From NCBI GenBank assembly GCA_018827585.1, contig JAHJXP010000016.1:1-58138 (forward strand): a DNA stretch of 58,138 nt, given 5' to 3'. Source of the DNA: Pseudomonadota bacterium. GTDB taxonomy: Bacteria > Desulfobacterota > Syntrophia > Syntrophales > UBA5619. Every line of letters starts with the position of its first letter. Positions within the stretch are counted from its first letter, which is position 1. A program made the position numbers and the translations under genes. The notes beneath the pieces were generated by a model that saw only the letters and a list, made by a program, of their open reading frames with translations, was not told where the DNA came from and did no database searches. Shown here in pieces: positions 26,609-37,862 of this stretch.

Positions 26609-27628
26609 TCAGTCCTTGAAGAGCCTGGCGAACCGCCAGGGCTTCCGTTTTTTCCATTTTCCCTGGTGGTAGGCGCTGCTCGCCAGGAGCGGCAGGACCG
26701 AGGTGGCCTCCGCATAGACCATCTGCTCGCAGGTGCTGTCCACCTTTCCCCAGGAGTTTGCCTCCTTGAGCGTGGAGCTGGAACAGGCGCCGTCGCGGAC
26801 ATCGGCCACCGTGATCTGGACGGCGTACTTGTGCATCGGCACGTTCTTCCCGAGGATCTCGGCGCAGACCACCGTGTCCTGGGCGAAATTCTTCGGCACG
26901 CCGCCGCCGATCATCAGCAGGCCCGTCATCCCCGCCTTGATCTTGATCTGGGTGAGCTCCCGGAAGTCCTTCACCGAATCGATGGAGACGTGAGCCTGCG
27001 GGTATTTCACCTGGTGGAGGACGAGGCCGAAACCGGCGCTGCTGTCGGAAAAGGCGGGGCAGAAGATCGGTACGTCGCGCTCGAAGGCCGCCTGGACGAG
27101 GGAATCCTTCTTCACGGCGTGTTCGGTCAGGTGTCTACCCATCTCCCGGATGAACTCCCGCGAGGAATGCGGGCGGGGCGGGAGGCCGTCGGCGATGGCC
27201 TGGACGGTCCGGTCGCAGGCCTGGAGGTCCTTCTCGTTGATGTAGGTGTCGTAGATCCGGTCGATGTAAAGCCGCCGGAGCTCCCGGTCGTCCACGAACG
27301 GCGTCCCCTGATAGTGGCGAAAGCCCAGGGCCTCGAAGAAGTCCATGTCCACGACCGCCGCCCCCGTGGCCACGATGGCGTCCACCATGTTGTTTTTCAC
27401 CATTTCCACGTAGATCTGCATGCAGCCGGCGGCGCTGGTGCTCCCCGCGATGGTCAGGATGATGCCGCACTTCTTTTCGGAAAGCATCCGGTCGTAGATC
27501 TCGGCAGCCGTCGCCAGGTCCCGGGCGGTGAAGGACATCCCCCGCATCGCCTCGACGATGGGCGTGGCGTCGAACGAGGTGATGTCTATGTGCCGGACCG
27601 GCGTTTTTAAATAGTCTTTCTTTTTCAT
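26609..27628 (-). CDS. deoxyhypusine synthase-like protein (DHS / homospermidine-synthase family)
   Basis: The internal ATG at 27628 (MKKKDYLKTPVRHIDI...) with RBS GGGGAG. DHS-family sequence runs throughout (ILTIAGSTSAAGCMQ..., MIGGGVPKNF). The 114 upstream codons of the track ORF look non-coding. Confidence 0.8.
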   Translation of the reverse strand: MKKKDYLKTPVRHIDITSFDATPIVEAMRGMSFTARDLATAAEIYDRMLSEKKCGIILTIAGSTSAAGCMQIYVEMVKNNMVDAIVATGAAVVDMDFFEALGFRHYQGTPFVDDRELRRLYIDRIYDTYINEKDLQACDRTVQAIADGLPPRPHSSREFIREMGRHLTEHAVKKDSLVQAAFERDVPIFCPAFSDSSAGFGLVLHQVKYPQAHVSIDSVKDFRELTQIKIKAGMTGLLMIGGGVPKNFAQDTVVCAEILGKNVPMHKYAVQITVADVRDGACSSSTLKEANSWGKVDSTCEQMVYAEATSVLPLLASSAYHQGKWKKRKPWRFARLFKD

Positions 27629-27832
27629 AATCTCCCCTAAGCGATGACGGCTTCGTAATAAGTAGATGATTTTACACTGTTCTGTTATTCCGTGCTTGAC
27701 ATGGGGCGTCACGCCCCTGTTTTCCCGGCGGGCGGCATTATAAGGGGAGAAGCGGGCAAAAGTCAACGGATCATTGGCTTTGCCCCCAAATTCGGTCTTG
27801 TCACAGCGTCCGATATCTGATACTCCCCCGCC

Positions 27833-29215
27833 ATGGAAAAGGGAAACATGAGGGATATCCTGACCGTTTCGATGCTCAACGAGCGGATCAAGTCGCTCCT
27901 CGAGGAAGGTTTCGTCCTCGTCTGGGTGGAGGGGGAGGTCTCGAACCTGCGGCGGCCGGCCTCGGGCCATCTCTACTTCACCCTCAAGGACTCCAAAAGC
28001 CAGATCCGGGCGGTGATCTTCCGGAACCTTTTTGCCCGTCCCCGGGGACGGACCTCCGACTTCGCTCTCGAAGAGGGGATGAGCGTCGTCTGCCGGGCGC
28101 GCCTGACCGTCTATCCGCCCCGCGGCGAATACCAGCTCGTCGTCGACGCGGTGGAGCCCAGGGGGCTGGGGGCCCTCCAGAAGGCCTTCGAACAGCTCAA
28201 GTCGCGTCTCGAGGCGGAGGGGCTCTTCGCCGCCGGCCGCAAGAAACCCCTCCCCTTCCTGCCGGCGAGAATCGGCGTCGTCACCTCGCCGACCGGCGCC
28301 GTCGTCCGGGACATCCTGACCGTCACCCGCCGCCGCTTTCCCTCGGTAGACGTCCTGATTGCACCGGTCCGCGTCCAGGGAGCGGAGGCCCCGGCTGAAA
28401 TCATCCGGGCCCTAAGTGATTTGCAGATCGTCCCGGGCGTGGACGTGATCATCCTGGCCCGGGGCGGCGGCTCGCTGGAGGACCTTGCCCCGTTCAACGA
28501 CGAGGGGGTGGCCCGGGCGATAGCCCGTTCCCGGATCCCCGTAATCTCGGCGGTCGGCCATGAAACGGACTTCACCATCGCCGACTTCACGGCAGACCTC
28601 CGCGCTCCGACACCTTCGGCGGCGGCAGAGCTGGCCGTGCCGCTCAGGGCGGAGCTTATGGAATCCGTCGGGACGCTCCGACTACGCCTGATCCGCTGCC
28701 GGCGACAGGAAGCCGAACGCCTCCGGGAGCGCCTCGCGGGACTTTCAAGGCGGCTCCGGGACCCGAAGCGCCACCTTGCCGACATCCGGATCGCCCTGGA
28801 CGACTACAGCGAGCGGATGAGGGCCTCTCTCGCTCATCTGCGGGCGATCCTCCGCCGGGAATGGCAGAACCTTTCCCTCCGCCTGGAACACAGGAGCCCG
28901 CAGTTGAGGATCGTCGAACAGCGGACGCTGTTAGGGAGCCTCGGAAAGGCGCTGGGCGTGGTCTGGGAAAAACAGGCGGAACGGCGGAGGGGTCGTGTCC
29001 GCTCCGCAATGGCTCTCCTGGATTCACTGAGCCCCCTGGCCGTCCTCAGGCGGGGCTACAGCATCACGCAGCGGCTTCCGGACGGTCTCATCCTCCGGCG
29101 GGCCGATAGCGCCGTAGCCGGCCAGGATATCTCCATTATGCTTTCTGCAGGACGTCTGCAGGCAAAAATCACAAGAATCTTCAAGGAGCAATCCGATGGC
29201 GAAGGAAAGATTTGA
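27833..29215 (+). CDS. xseA: exodeoxyribonuclease VII large subunit
   Basis: N-terminal OB-fold region (LTVSMLNERIKSLLEEGF...VWVEGEVSN), catalytic core, and a coiled-coil C-terminus. The start could be the ATG 15 nt downstream. Confidence 0.9.
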   Translation: MEKGNMRDILTVSMLNERIKSLLEEGFVLVWVEGEVSNLRRPASGHLYFTLKDSKSQIRAVIFRNLFARPRGRTSDFALEEGMSVVCRARLTVYPPRGEYQLVVDAVEPRGLGALQKAFEQLKSRLEAEGLFAAGRKKPLPFLPARIGVVTSPTGAVVRDILTVTRRRFPSVDVLIAPVRVQGAEAPAEIIRALSDLQIVPGVDVIILARGGGSLEDLAPFNDEGVARAIARSRIPVISAVGHETDFTIADFTADLRAPTPSAAAELAVPLRAELMESVGTLRLRLIRCRRQEAERLRERLAGLSRRLRDPKRHLADIRIALDDYSERMRASLAHLRAILRREWQNLSLRLEHRSPQLRIVEQRTLLGSLGKALGVVWEKQAERRRGRVRSAMALLDSLSPLAVLRRGYSITQRLPDGLILRRADSAVAGQDISIMLSAGRLQAKITRIFKEQSDGEGKI

Positions 29216-29432
29216 AGAGGCGCTGGAAAAACTCGAAGAGATCGTCCGCAGGATGGAAGAGGGGGAGATGACCCTGGAGGAGTCCCTCAATGCCTTCGAG
29301 GAGGGGGTCAAGCTCTCCCGTCTCTGCGCGAAAAAACTCGACGAGGCCGACCGCCGCGTCGATCTCCTCCTGCGGGAGGAGGGCGGACTCACGACCCGGC
29401 CGTTTGCGGAGGAAGAACGTGAACCGGAGTGA
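29196..29432 (+). CDS. xseB: exodeoxyribonuclease VII small subunit
   Basis: 78-aa helical protein (FEEALEKLEEIVRRMEEGEMTLEESL) overlapping the xseA end. Confidence 0.9.
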   Translation: MAKERFEEALEKLEEIVRRMEEGEMTLEESLNAFEEGVKLSRLCAKKLDEADRRVDLLLREEGGLTTRPFAEEEREPE

Positions 29433-30327
29433 AGGCTTCCCCCTGAAGGGATACCTTGCCGAACGGAAGGCGGTGATCGATCGGGCCCTCAATGGGTATC
29501 TCCCCGGCGAGGGGAACGACCCTCCGGTCCTGTTCGAGGCCGTCCGCTACAGCCTCTTCGCGGGGGGGAAAAGGCTCCGGCCGATCCTCTGCCTGGCCGC
29601 CGGGGAGGCGGTCGGGGGCAACAGCGAAGCGCTTCTGCCGGCCGCCTGCGCCCTGGAGCTGATCCATACCTACTCGCTGATCCACGACGATCTGCCCGCG
29701 ATGGACAACGACGATTACCGCCGGGGCAGGCTCACCTCGCACAAGGTCTTCGGCGAGGGGATCGCCATCCTGGCCGGCGACGCCCTTCTGACGGAGGCCT
29801 TTCGTCTCCTGACCCGCCGGGAGCTGATGCCGGGCATCGAACCGGGGCGACTGTTGGCGGTCGCAGGCGAGATTGCGGAGGCGGCGGGCGGGGTCGGCAT
29901 GGTCGGCGGCCAGGCGTTGGACGTCCGGTCCGAGGGGGAGCAGGTCGATCTGGAAACCCTCCACAGGATCCACAGGCTCAAGACGGGGGCGCTCATCCGC
30001 GTCTCCCTCCGGGCGGGGGCGATCCTGGCCGGCGCCTCGGAGACGGAACTCGCCTCTCTGTCCGACTACGGCCGGCAGATCGGCCTCGCCTTCCAGATCG
30101 CCGACGACATCCTGAACGTGGAGGGAGACCGGACGAGTTTAGGGAAGGAAACGGGTAGCGACGCGGCCCGGGGAAAGGTCACCTTTCCCGCCCTTTTGGG
30201 GATCGACGCGTCGCGCGCCCGGGCCGAGGCGCTCGTCATCGAGGCGCTGGGTTCTCTGGCCTCCTTCGGCGAGAAGGCGGAACCGCTCCGCGCCATCGCG
30301 CGGTACATTACGGCAAGAGATTCCTAA
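29419..30327 (+). CDS. ispA: (E,E)-farnesyl/geranyl diphosphate synthase
   Basis: The GTG at 29419 overlaps the xseB end. Both Asp-rich motifs are present (IHDDLPAMDNDDYRRG and FQIADDILN). The track ORF start at 29290 lies inside xseB. Confidence 0.85.
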   Translation: MNRSEGFPLKGYLAERKAVIDRALNGYLPGEGNDPPVLFEAVRYSLFAGGKRLRPILCLAAGEAVGGNSEALLPAACALELIHTYSLIHDDLPAMDNDDYRRGRLTSHKVFGEGIAILAGDALLTEAFRLLTRRELMPGIEPGRLLAVAGEIAEAAGGVGMVGGQALDVRSEGEQVDLETLHRIHRLKTGALIRVSLRAGAILAGASETELASLSDYGRQIGLAFQIADDILNVEGDRTSLGKETGSDAARGKVTFPALLGIDASRARAEALVIEALGSLASFGEKAEPLRAIARYITARDS

Positions 30328-30396
30328 CGGGAGACGGGGGTTGCCGGAGAAAAGGGGCGGGGGGATTTTAAAAATGGAAAGAGAAAAAAGATAAGG

Positions 30397-32310
<1,914 letters not shown>

Positions 32311-32330
32311 ATTTCAAGACCTGACCCCAT

Positions 32331-33128
32331 ATGGATATAAAAGGAAGAGTGAAAAAGATCCGGCTGGATTGCCTGCTCGTCGAGCGGGGGCTGGCCGAGA
32401 CCCGGCAGCGGGCGCAGGCGCTGATCCTCTCCGGTGTGGTCCTTGTGGGCGACCGGCCGGCGGAAAAGGCGGGGATCCCGGTCCCGGCAGATGCGGAGAT
32501 CCGGATCCGGGGCGAAAACAACCCCTATGTGAGCCGCGGCGGTCTCAAGCTTCGGGGGGCGCTCGACGCCTTTGGCCTCTCTGTGGAGGGACTCGTCGCG
32601 CTGGATGTGGGGGCCTCCACCGGGGGATTCACCGACTGCCTCCTCCAGGCGGGGGCGGCGCGGGTCTACGCCGTTGACGTGGGCTACGGACAGCTGGCCT
32701 GGAAACTCCGCGAAGACCCGCGCGTCGTCAGCATCGAAAGGACGAATATCCGCCATTACGACGGCGCCGGCATTGCAGAGGGGATCGACATCGCCGTGGT
32801 CGACGCCTCCTTCATCTCCCTGAAGCTGATCATTCCTCCTGTCCTGAAACTGATCAGGGGCGGTGCGGTTCTCCTCGTCCTGGTCAAGCCGCAGTTCGAG
32901 GTGGGAAAGGGCGAGGTCGGGAAACGCGGCGTCGTCCGGGACCCGGAGCTCCACCGGCAGGTTCTTTGCGGGATAGAGTCCTTCTGCCGGGGATTGGGAC
33001 TGACGGTCCTGGGGAGCTGCGAGTCTCCCCTCACGGGTCCCGCGGGAAACCGGGAATTTTTCATTTGTCTCAGGAAACCGCCGGAAGGCGGGACCGCGGG
33101 AGATACGGGAGATAACGGATGGGCGTAA
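32331..33128 (+). CDS. tlyA: TlyA-family rRNA (cytidine-2'-O)-methyltransferase
   Basis: S4-like N-terminus (RLDCLLVERGLAETRQRAQALI) and an FtsJ-type SAM motif (LDVGASTGGFTDCLLQ). Confidence 0.85.
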   Translation: MDIKGRVKKIRLDCLLVERGLAETRQRAQALILSGVVLVGDRPAEKAGIPVPADAEIRIRGENNPYVSRGGLKLRGALDAFGLSVEGLVALDVGASTGGFTDCLLQAGAARVYAVDVGYGQLAWKLREDPRVVSIERTNIRHYDGAGIAEGIDIAVVDASFISLKLIIPPVLKLIRGGAVLLVLVKPQFEVGKGEVGKRGVVRDPELHRQVLCGIESFCRGLGLTVLGSCESPLTGPAGNREFFICLRKPPEGGTAGDTGDNGWA

Positions 33129-34864
33129 AACTGGCGAAAACCGCCGGCTTCTGCATGGGAGTGAAGCGGGCCGTGGACATGGTCATCGACATGGCGCGGC
33201 GCAAGGGCGGCGAGACCATCTACACCTACGGCCCCCTGATCCACAACCCCCAGACGGTCGAACTGCTCCGGAAGCGCGGGATCGTCCCGGTCCGGGGTCT
33301 CGAGGAGATCGACAGCATCCCCGCAGGGGCCATGCTGGTGATCCGCGCCCATGGGGTCTCCCCCGCCGAGAGGAAGATAATCAAGGAAAAGGGGTTCCGG
33401 ATCATCGATGCCACCTGTCCCAAGGTGGGCCATGTCCAGGCGATCATCCGGAAGCATGCGGCTACAGGTTTCACGATCCTGATCGCCGGCGACCGGGAAC
33501 ACCCGGAGGTGAACGGCCTGTTGGGCTTTGCGGGCGGGGCCGGGATCGTCCTGGGCTCCGTGGCGGAGGTGGAGGACCTCCCCGAGCTGCCGAAGGTGTG
33601 CGTCGTCGCCCAGACGACGCAGAGCGTCGAAGAATACGCCGCCATCTGCCGCAGAATCCGGACGCGGTTTCCGGAGGCGGTCGTCTTCGACACCATCTGC
33701 GACTCCACGGAGAAGCGGCAGAAGGAGATCAGGGAGCTCGCCGCCGGGACGGACGCCGTCTTCATCGTCGGCGGCCTGAACAGCGCCAACACGCAGCGCC
33801 TGGCGGAGCTGGCAAAGCTCCAGGGCAAGCCTGCTTTCCACATCGAGACCGCCGATGAGCTCAAGGAGATCGATATCGAGCCGTACCGCCGGATCGGCGT
33901 CTCCGCCGGGGCCTCGACCCCCAACTGGATCATCGACCGGGTGGCGGACTACCTGACCGGCCGTCAGGGAAGAAAAGAAGAGTTTTTCCGGCGCCTCTTC
34001 AAGGTCTGGGTCTTTGCCGTCCGCACGGACATCTATTCCGCCGCGGGGGCGGGCTGCCTGTCGCTGGCGGCGATGCTCCTCCAGGGAATCCGGGTGAATC
34101 CCCTCCACATCCTGACCGCCTCCCTTTACGTCTACGCCATGCACGTCCTCAACCGGTTCATCAACCGGAAGGCGAGCAGCATCAGCTCTTTCCGGGAGGA
34201 GTCCTACCTCCTCCACGAGCGGATCTACATGACGCTGGCCGTTCTCTCCCTGATCATCGCGCTGGGCGCCTCCCTTGTTGCGGGGCCGGCGCCCTTCATC
34301 CTGCTTTTCGTCATCTCGCTCGCCGGCGCCCTCTACAATGCACGCCTCCTGCCGTCCGGATGGCGTTTTCAGAGCCTCAGGGACATCCCCGGCTCCAAGA
34401 ACGTCGCCATCGCCGTTGCCTGGGGGGCGGTGACGGCCCTCCTGCCGTGGATCGAAACGGGGGGCGCGCCCACGCCCGGTCTGGCCGTCGCCTTTTTCTT
34501 TGCCGCCGCCCTCGTCTTCATCCGTTCCTCGCTGTCGGACATCCTCGACGTCCAGAGCGACCGCCTGATCGGCCGGGAGACCCTCCCCGTGCTAATCGGC
34601 GAGAAGCGAACGCTGCTGCTCCTCCAGGTGGTTTCCGGTCTGCTGTTCGTCCTGTTCGCGATCGCCTCGCCGGCGGGGTGGTCGACCCCTTTCAGTTTTA
34701 TCCTTCTGAGCTCGGTATTTTATATATGGATTTGTTTCAAACTTTATGATAGAAGGTCCGGGTTTTCCGGGGTCGTTCTGGAGGGCCTGCTGGAGAGCAG
34801 CTACATCGTTGCCGGGGTTGGCGCCCTGTTGTGGCTTATGGCGGGCGGAGGCGTGACCGCCTGA
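33119..34864 (+). CDS. ispH: 4-hydroxy-3-methylbut-2-enyl diphosphate reductase (IspH) fused to a C-terminal UbiA-like polytopic membrane domain
   Basis: Residues 1 to about 285 are IspH with the three cluster cysteines (FCMGV, ATCPKV, TICDST). Residues from about 300 to 581 form about 8-9 hydrophobic helices with a UbiA-type second Asp-rich motif (SDILDVQSDRLIGRETLPVLIG). It is one uninterrupted ORF. Confidence 0.8.
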   Translation: MGVKLAKTAGFCMGVKRAVDMVIDMARRKGGETIYTYGPLIHNPQTVELLRKRGIVPVRGLEEIDSIPAGAMLVIRAHGVSPAERKIIKEKGFRIIDATCPKVGHVQAIIRKHAATGFTILIAGDREHPEVNGLLGFAGGAGIVLGSVAEVEDLPELPKVCVVAQTTQSVEEYAAICRRIRTRFPEAVVFDTICDSTEKRQKEIRELAAGTDAVFIVGGLNSANTQRLAELAKLQGKPAFHIETADELKEIDIEPYRRIGVSAGASTPNWIIDRVADYLTGRQGRKEEFFRRLFKVWVFAVRTDIYSAAGAGCLSLAAMLLQGIRVNPLHILTASLYVYAMHVLNRFINRKASSISSFREESYLLHERIYMTLAVLSLIIALGASLVAGPAPFILLFVISLAGALYNARLLPSGWRFQSLRDIPGSKNVAIAVAWGAVTALLPWIETGGAPTPGLAVAFFFAAALVFIRSSLSDILDVQSDRLIGRETLPVLIGEKRTLLLLQVVSGLLFVLFAIASPAGWSTPFSFILLSSVFYIWICFKLYDRRSGFSGVVLEGLLESSYIVAGVGALLWLMAGGGVTA

Positions 34865-34873
34865 GCCGGAGAT

Positions 34874-35497
34874 ATGGCTTTACCGATTTTTTATGAGAAC
34901 GTCGTGATTGGGCACAAATGGGAAAGAATTGTTATAGCAATCATATTCCTGGGGTTCTTCTTCGGCTGCGGGGGGCTTCGCTATTCCGATCTCTCGCCTG
35001 AGGCGAAGGACTTTCGCCCCCAGCGGATCGCAGTCCTGCCGGCCGACGCGAGGATGTTTCCGGAGGCGAAGGGATCGGTCGACCGTCTCTTCGCCGAGGC
35101 CCTCGGCGAGCGTAAGTGGTTTGCTTCCGTCGTTGGGGGCGAGGAGATAGGACGCCGCCTGGAAAGGGATGGACAGCTCAGACAGGCAGTAGAAGAATAC
35201 CTGACCAAGCTCGACAAGGTCAGCTTCTCCGATTCGGCATTGAGCTGCCGCATAGGGGAATTGACCGGCGCCGAGGCAGTTGTGCTCGTCCGGGTCGATT
35301 ATTGGAACTACACGACGGAGAAAGACACGAAGGTGGGGAAGGTCGGTCTCAGCCTGAGGCTGATCGACGCCGCGACCGGGAAGATCGTCTGGACGGCTGG
35401 CCACCACCGGGCAAGCGAATACCGCATCATAAAACCGGACCTGCCCGACGTGGCGAGGGATCTCATCCGGGAGATGATCGGTTATATGCCGCATTGA
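34874..35497 (+). CDS. putative lipoprotein, unknown function
   Basis: Hydrophobic leader ending in a lipobox-like FFFGC, then a soluble alpha/beta-looking domain. No family was recognised with confidence. Confidence 0.5.
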   Translation: MALPIFYENVVIGHKWERIVIAIIFLGFFFGCGGLRYSDLSPEAKDFRPQRIAVLPADARMFPEAKGSVDRLFAEALGERKWFASVVGGEEIGRRLERDGQLRQAVEEYLTKLDKVSFSDSALSCRIGELTGAEAVVLVRVDYWNYTTEKDTKVGKVGLSLRLIDAATGKIVWTAGHHRASEYRIIKPDLPDVARDLIREMIGYMPH

Positions 35498-35567
35498 AGA
35501 TGCGAACGATGCGCTCCGGTTGCGGACAGACCGAGGCCGGGCGGCAAAATAAAAGGAGGAATGCGGG

Positions 35568-35789
35568 ATGAGGGAAGAGGTGCAAAAGGCGATCGACCTG
35601 ATCAGACCCAATCTCCAGGCGGACGGCGGCGATGTGGAACTGATCGACGTGGGCGCAGACGGAGTGGTGAAGGTGAAGCTCACCGGGGCCTGCCACGGCT
35701 GTCCGATGGCCCAGATGACCCTGAAGAACGGGATCGAAAAATTCCTAAAAAAGGAAGTACCTGCTGTGAATTCGGTAGTTTCCGTCTAA
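35568..35789 (+). CDS. NifU C-terminal-domain (Nfu-type) Fe-S scaffold/carrier protein
   Basis: 73 aa with IRPNLQADGGDVELIDV...VKLTGACHGCPMAQMTLK, the CxxC Nfu signature. RBS AAAGGAGGA. Confidence 0.85.
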   Translation: MREEVQKAIDLIRPNLQADGGDVELIDVGADGVVKVKLTGACHGCPMAQMTLKNGIEKFLKKEVPAVNSVVSV

Positions 35790-35840
35790 GAAGACCGGAT
35801 TGGGCCGGCCTGAATAATAAAATGTTGAAGGAGAAGAGAT

Positions 35841-36014
35841 ATGGCGTATACCATCACCGATGAATGCATTGCTTGCGGTTCCTGTCAGGATGAGTGTCCC
35901 GTGGAGGCGATCAACGAAGGCGAGGACAAGTACACGATCGATGCCAAACTGTGTACGGATTGCGGCGCGTGCGCGGAACAGTGCCCGGTTGAGGCGATCA
36001 CGCCCGGCGAATAG
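35841..36014 (+). CDS. 2x[4Fe-4S] clostridial-type ferredoxin, 57 aa (below the ORF-track size cut-off)
   Basis: MAYTITDECIACGSCQDECPVEAINEGEDKYTIDAKLCTDCGACAEQCPVEAITPGE has two CxxCxxCxxxCP motifs. RBS GAAGGAGAAGAG. A strong terminator follows. Confidence 0.85.
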   Translation: MAYTITDECIACGSCQDECPVEAINEGEDKYTIDAKLCTDCGACAEQCPVEAITPGE

Positions 36015-36046
36015 AAGCAGGTTCGCAGCGGGTCGGACAGAAAAAT

Positions 36047-36096
36047 GGGGGAAATGCCGCACCGGAGACGGAAAGCGGCTTTCCCCTCTGTTTTAT
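36047..36096 (+). terminator. Rho-independent terminator after the ferredoxin gene
   Basis: GGGGAAA(T)GCCGC-N14-GCGGCTTTCCCC (12 bp with one bulge) followed by TCTGTTTTAT. Confidence 0.75.
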
Positions 36097-36199
36097 GGTC
36101 ATTTCTGATATTTGATGCCGATGTTTTACCGGGGCTCAGGATATTTTTTCGCCCCTCGCAAAAATCGGCATCCTTCAGGAAATATCCAGGGCGGTCAGG

Positions 36200-36835
36200 A
36201 TGGGACGATTTATCACCTTTGAGGGGATTGAGGGGTGCGGCAAGACCACCCAGATCAGGCTCGCGGCGGCATGGCTCGCCAAGCGCGGCGTCCCCGTCCT
36301 TGCCACCGCCGAACCCGGCGGGACGCCGCTCGGCCTGAAGATCCGCGATCTCCTGCTGAATAGGAGCGCCTTTTCGGTCGGCGCCGAGGCGGAACTTCTC
36401 CTGTTTGCCGCCGCGCGCGCCCAGCATGTGCGGCAGGCCATCATCCCGGCCCTCCGGGCGGGACAGTGGGTCCTCTGCGACCGCTTTCACGACGCGACGC
36501 TTGCCTACCAGGGGTACGGCCGGGGACTCGACGCCGGTTTCATCCGGACCCTGAACGGGTTTTCGGCCCTGTCCGTTTCGCCGGACATGACGCTCCTGTT
36601 CGATCTCCCCGTGGAGACCGGCCTGGCGCGGGCCGAAAAGCGGACGGCGGGCATCAGGCCGGAGGCGGCTGAGGACCGCTTCGAGCAGGAGGATCGGGCG
36701 TTTCACGGAAGGATCAGGGAGGGGTATCTGACCCTTGCGGCCGGGGCGCCGGAGCGCTTCCGGGTCATCGACGGCGCGGCGGACGTCGAGACGATCCACC
36801 GCGAGGTCTGCCGCCATCTGGCGGCGCTGTTCTAA
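36200..36835 (+). CDS. tmk: thymidylate kinase
   Basis: P-loop FEGIEGCGKTTQ and DRF/LID-region motifs. 211 aa. Confidence 0.9.
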   Translation: MGRFITFEGIEGCGKTTQIRLAAAWLAKRGVPVLATAEPGGTPLGLKIRDLLLNRSAFSVGAEAELLLFAAARAQHVRQAIIPALRAGQWVLCDRFHDATLAYQGYGRGLDAGFIRTLNGFSALSVSPDMTLLFDLPVETGLARAEKRTAGIRPEAAEDRFEQEDRAFHGRIREGYLTLAAGAPERFRVIDGAADVETIHREVCRHLAALF

Positions 36836-36865
36836 TGCCGCCGGCCCTGGTTTATTGAGGAAGCC

Positions 36866-37834
36866 ATGACGTTCGGAGAGATCTACGGCCACGAAAGACC
36901 CATCGCGATCCTCAAGAGCGCCATGGGGAAAAACCGCATCGCCCACGCCTATCTCTTCTACGGGATGGAGGGAGTAGGCAAGAGGACAACGGCGGCGGTC
37001 TTTGCCCAGGCCCTCAACTGCGACGCCAAGGACCCGCCCTGCGACGCCTGCCTCTCCTGCCGGAAAGCGAAGCGCAACAACCACATCGACATCATTACGG
37101 TCAGGGCGGAGGGACAGTTCATCAAGATCGGCGCGGTCAAGGAACTCCAGGAACAGATAAAATTCCGGCCGTACGAGGGACTGCGGCGGGTCTTCATCCT
37201 GCCCGAGGCGGACCGGATGAACGCTCCCGCGGCCAACGCGCTGCTCAAGACCCTGGAGGAGCCGTCGGCGGGGAATATCCTCCTCCTGACGACCTCCCGG
37301 CCCCACGCCCTGCCGATGACGATCCTCTCCCGCTGTCAGCATTTCCGTTTCACCCCTCTGTCCCGGCAGGAGGTGGCCCGCTTCCTCCGGGAGAAAGAAG
37401 GCTTGGACGCAGCAGCCGCGGAGGTCCTGGCTGCCTCGTCCGGCGGCAGCATCGGCCGGGCGCGGGAGATGAACCGGGAGGACTACCTCGTCCTGCGCAA
37501 CGGGATCCTTGAACACTTGGCCGAAGACGGGCCGGCCGATCCCCTGAAGCGTCTCGCCTTTGCCGGCCGCTTCGGGACGGAGAGGGAGGAGGTAGTCGAG
37601 AGGCTCCGGATCCTGCGGAGCTGTTACCGCGACGCCCTGGTCCTCCGGGAGACCGAGGAAGAGGAAAGACTGCTCTTCCGGGATCGGGCCGGGACCATCC
37701 GGGTTATCGCCGGACGACTGCCGGGCCGCGAACTGCTGGCTAACATCGCCGCGGTGGAGGCGGCCATAAGCGCCATCGAGCGGAACGCCAATAAATCGTT
37801 GACTTTGGAAGCCCTGATGGTTAAGCTCACCTGA
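36866..37834 (+). CDS. holB: DNA polymerase III delta' subunit
   Basis: AHAYLFYGMEGVGKRT clamp-loader P-loop variant, a Cys-rich zinc module (CDACLSCRK), and SRC (ILSRCQ). Confidence 0.85.
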   Translation: MTFGEIYGHERPIAILKSAMGKNRIAHAYLFYGMEGVGKRTTAAVFAQALNCDAKDPPCDACLSCRKAKRNNHIDIITVRAEGQFIKIGAVKELQEQIKFRPYEGLRRVFILPEADRMNAPAANALLKTLEEPSAGNILLLTTSRPHALPMTILSRCQHFRFTPLSRQEVARFLREKEGLDAAAAEVLAASSGGSIGRAREMNREDYLVLRNGILEHLAEDGPADPLKRLAFAGRFGTEREEVVERLRILRSCYRDALVLRETEEEERLLFRDRAGTIRVIAGRLPGRELLANIAAVEAAISAIERNANKSLTLEALMVKLT

Positions 37835-37862
37835 AAATAAGAGACAGGGGTTATAGAGAACC

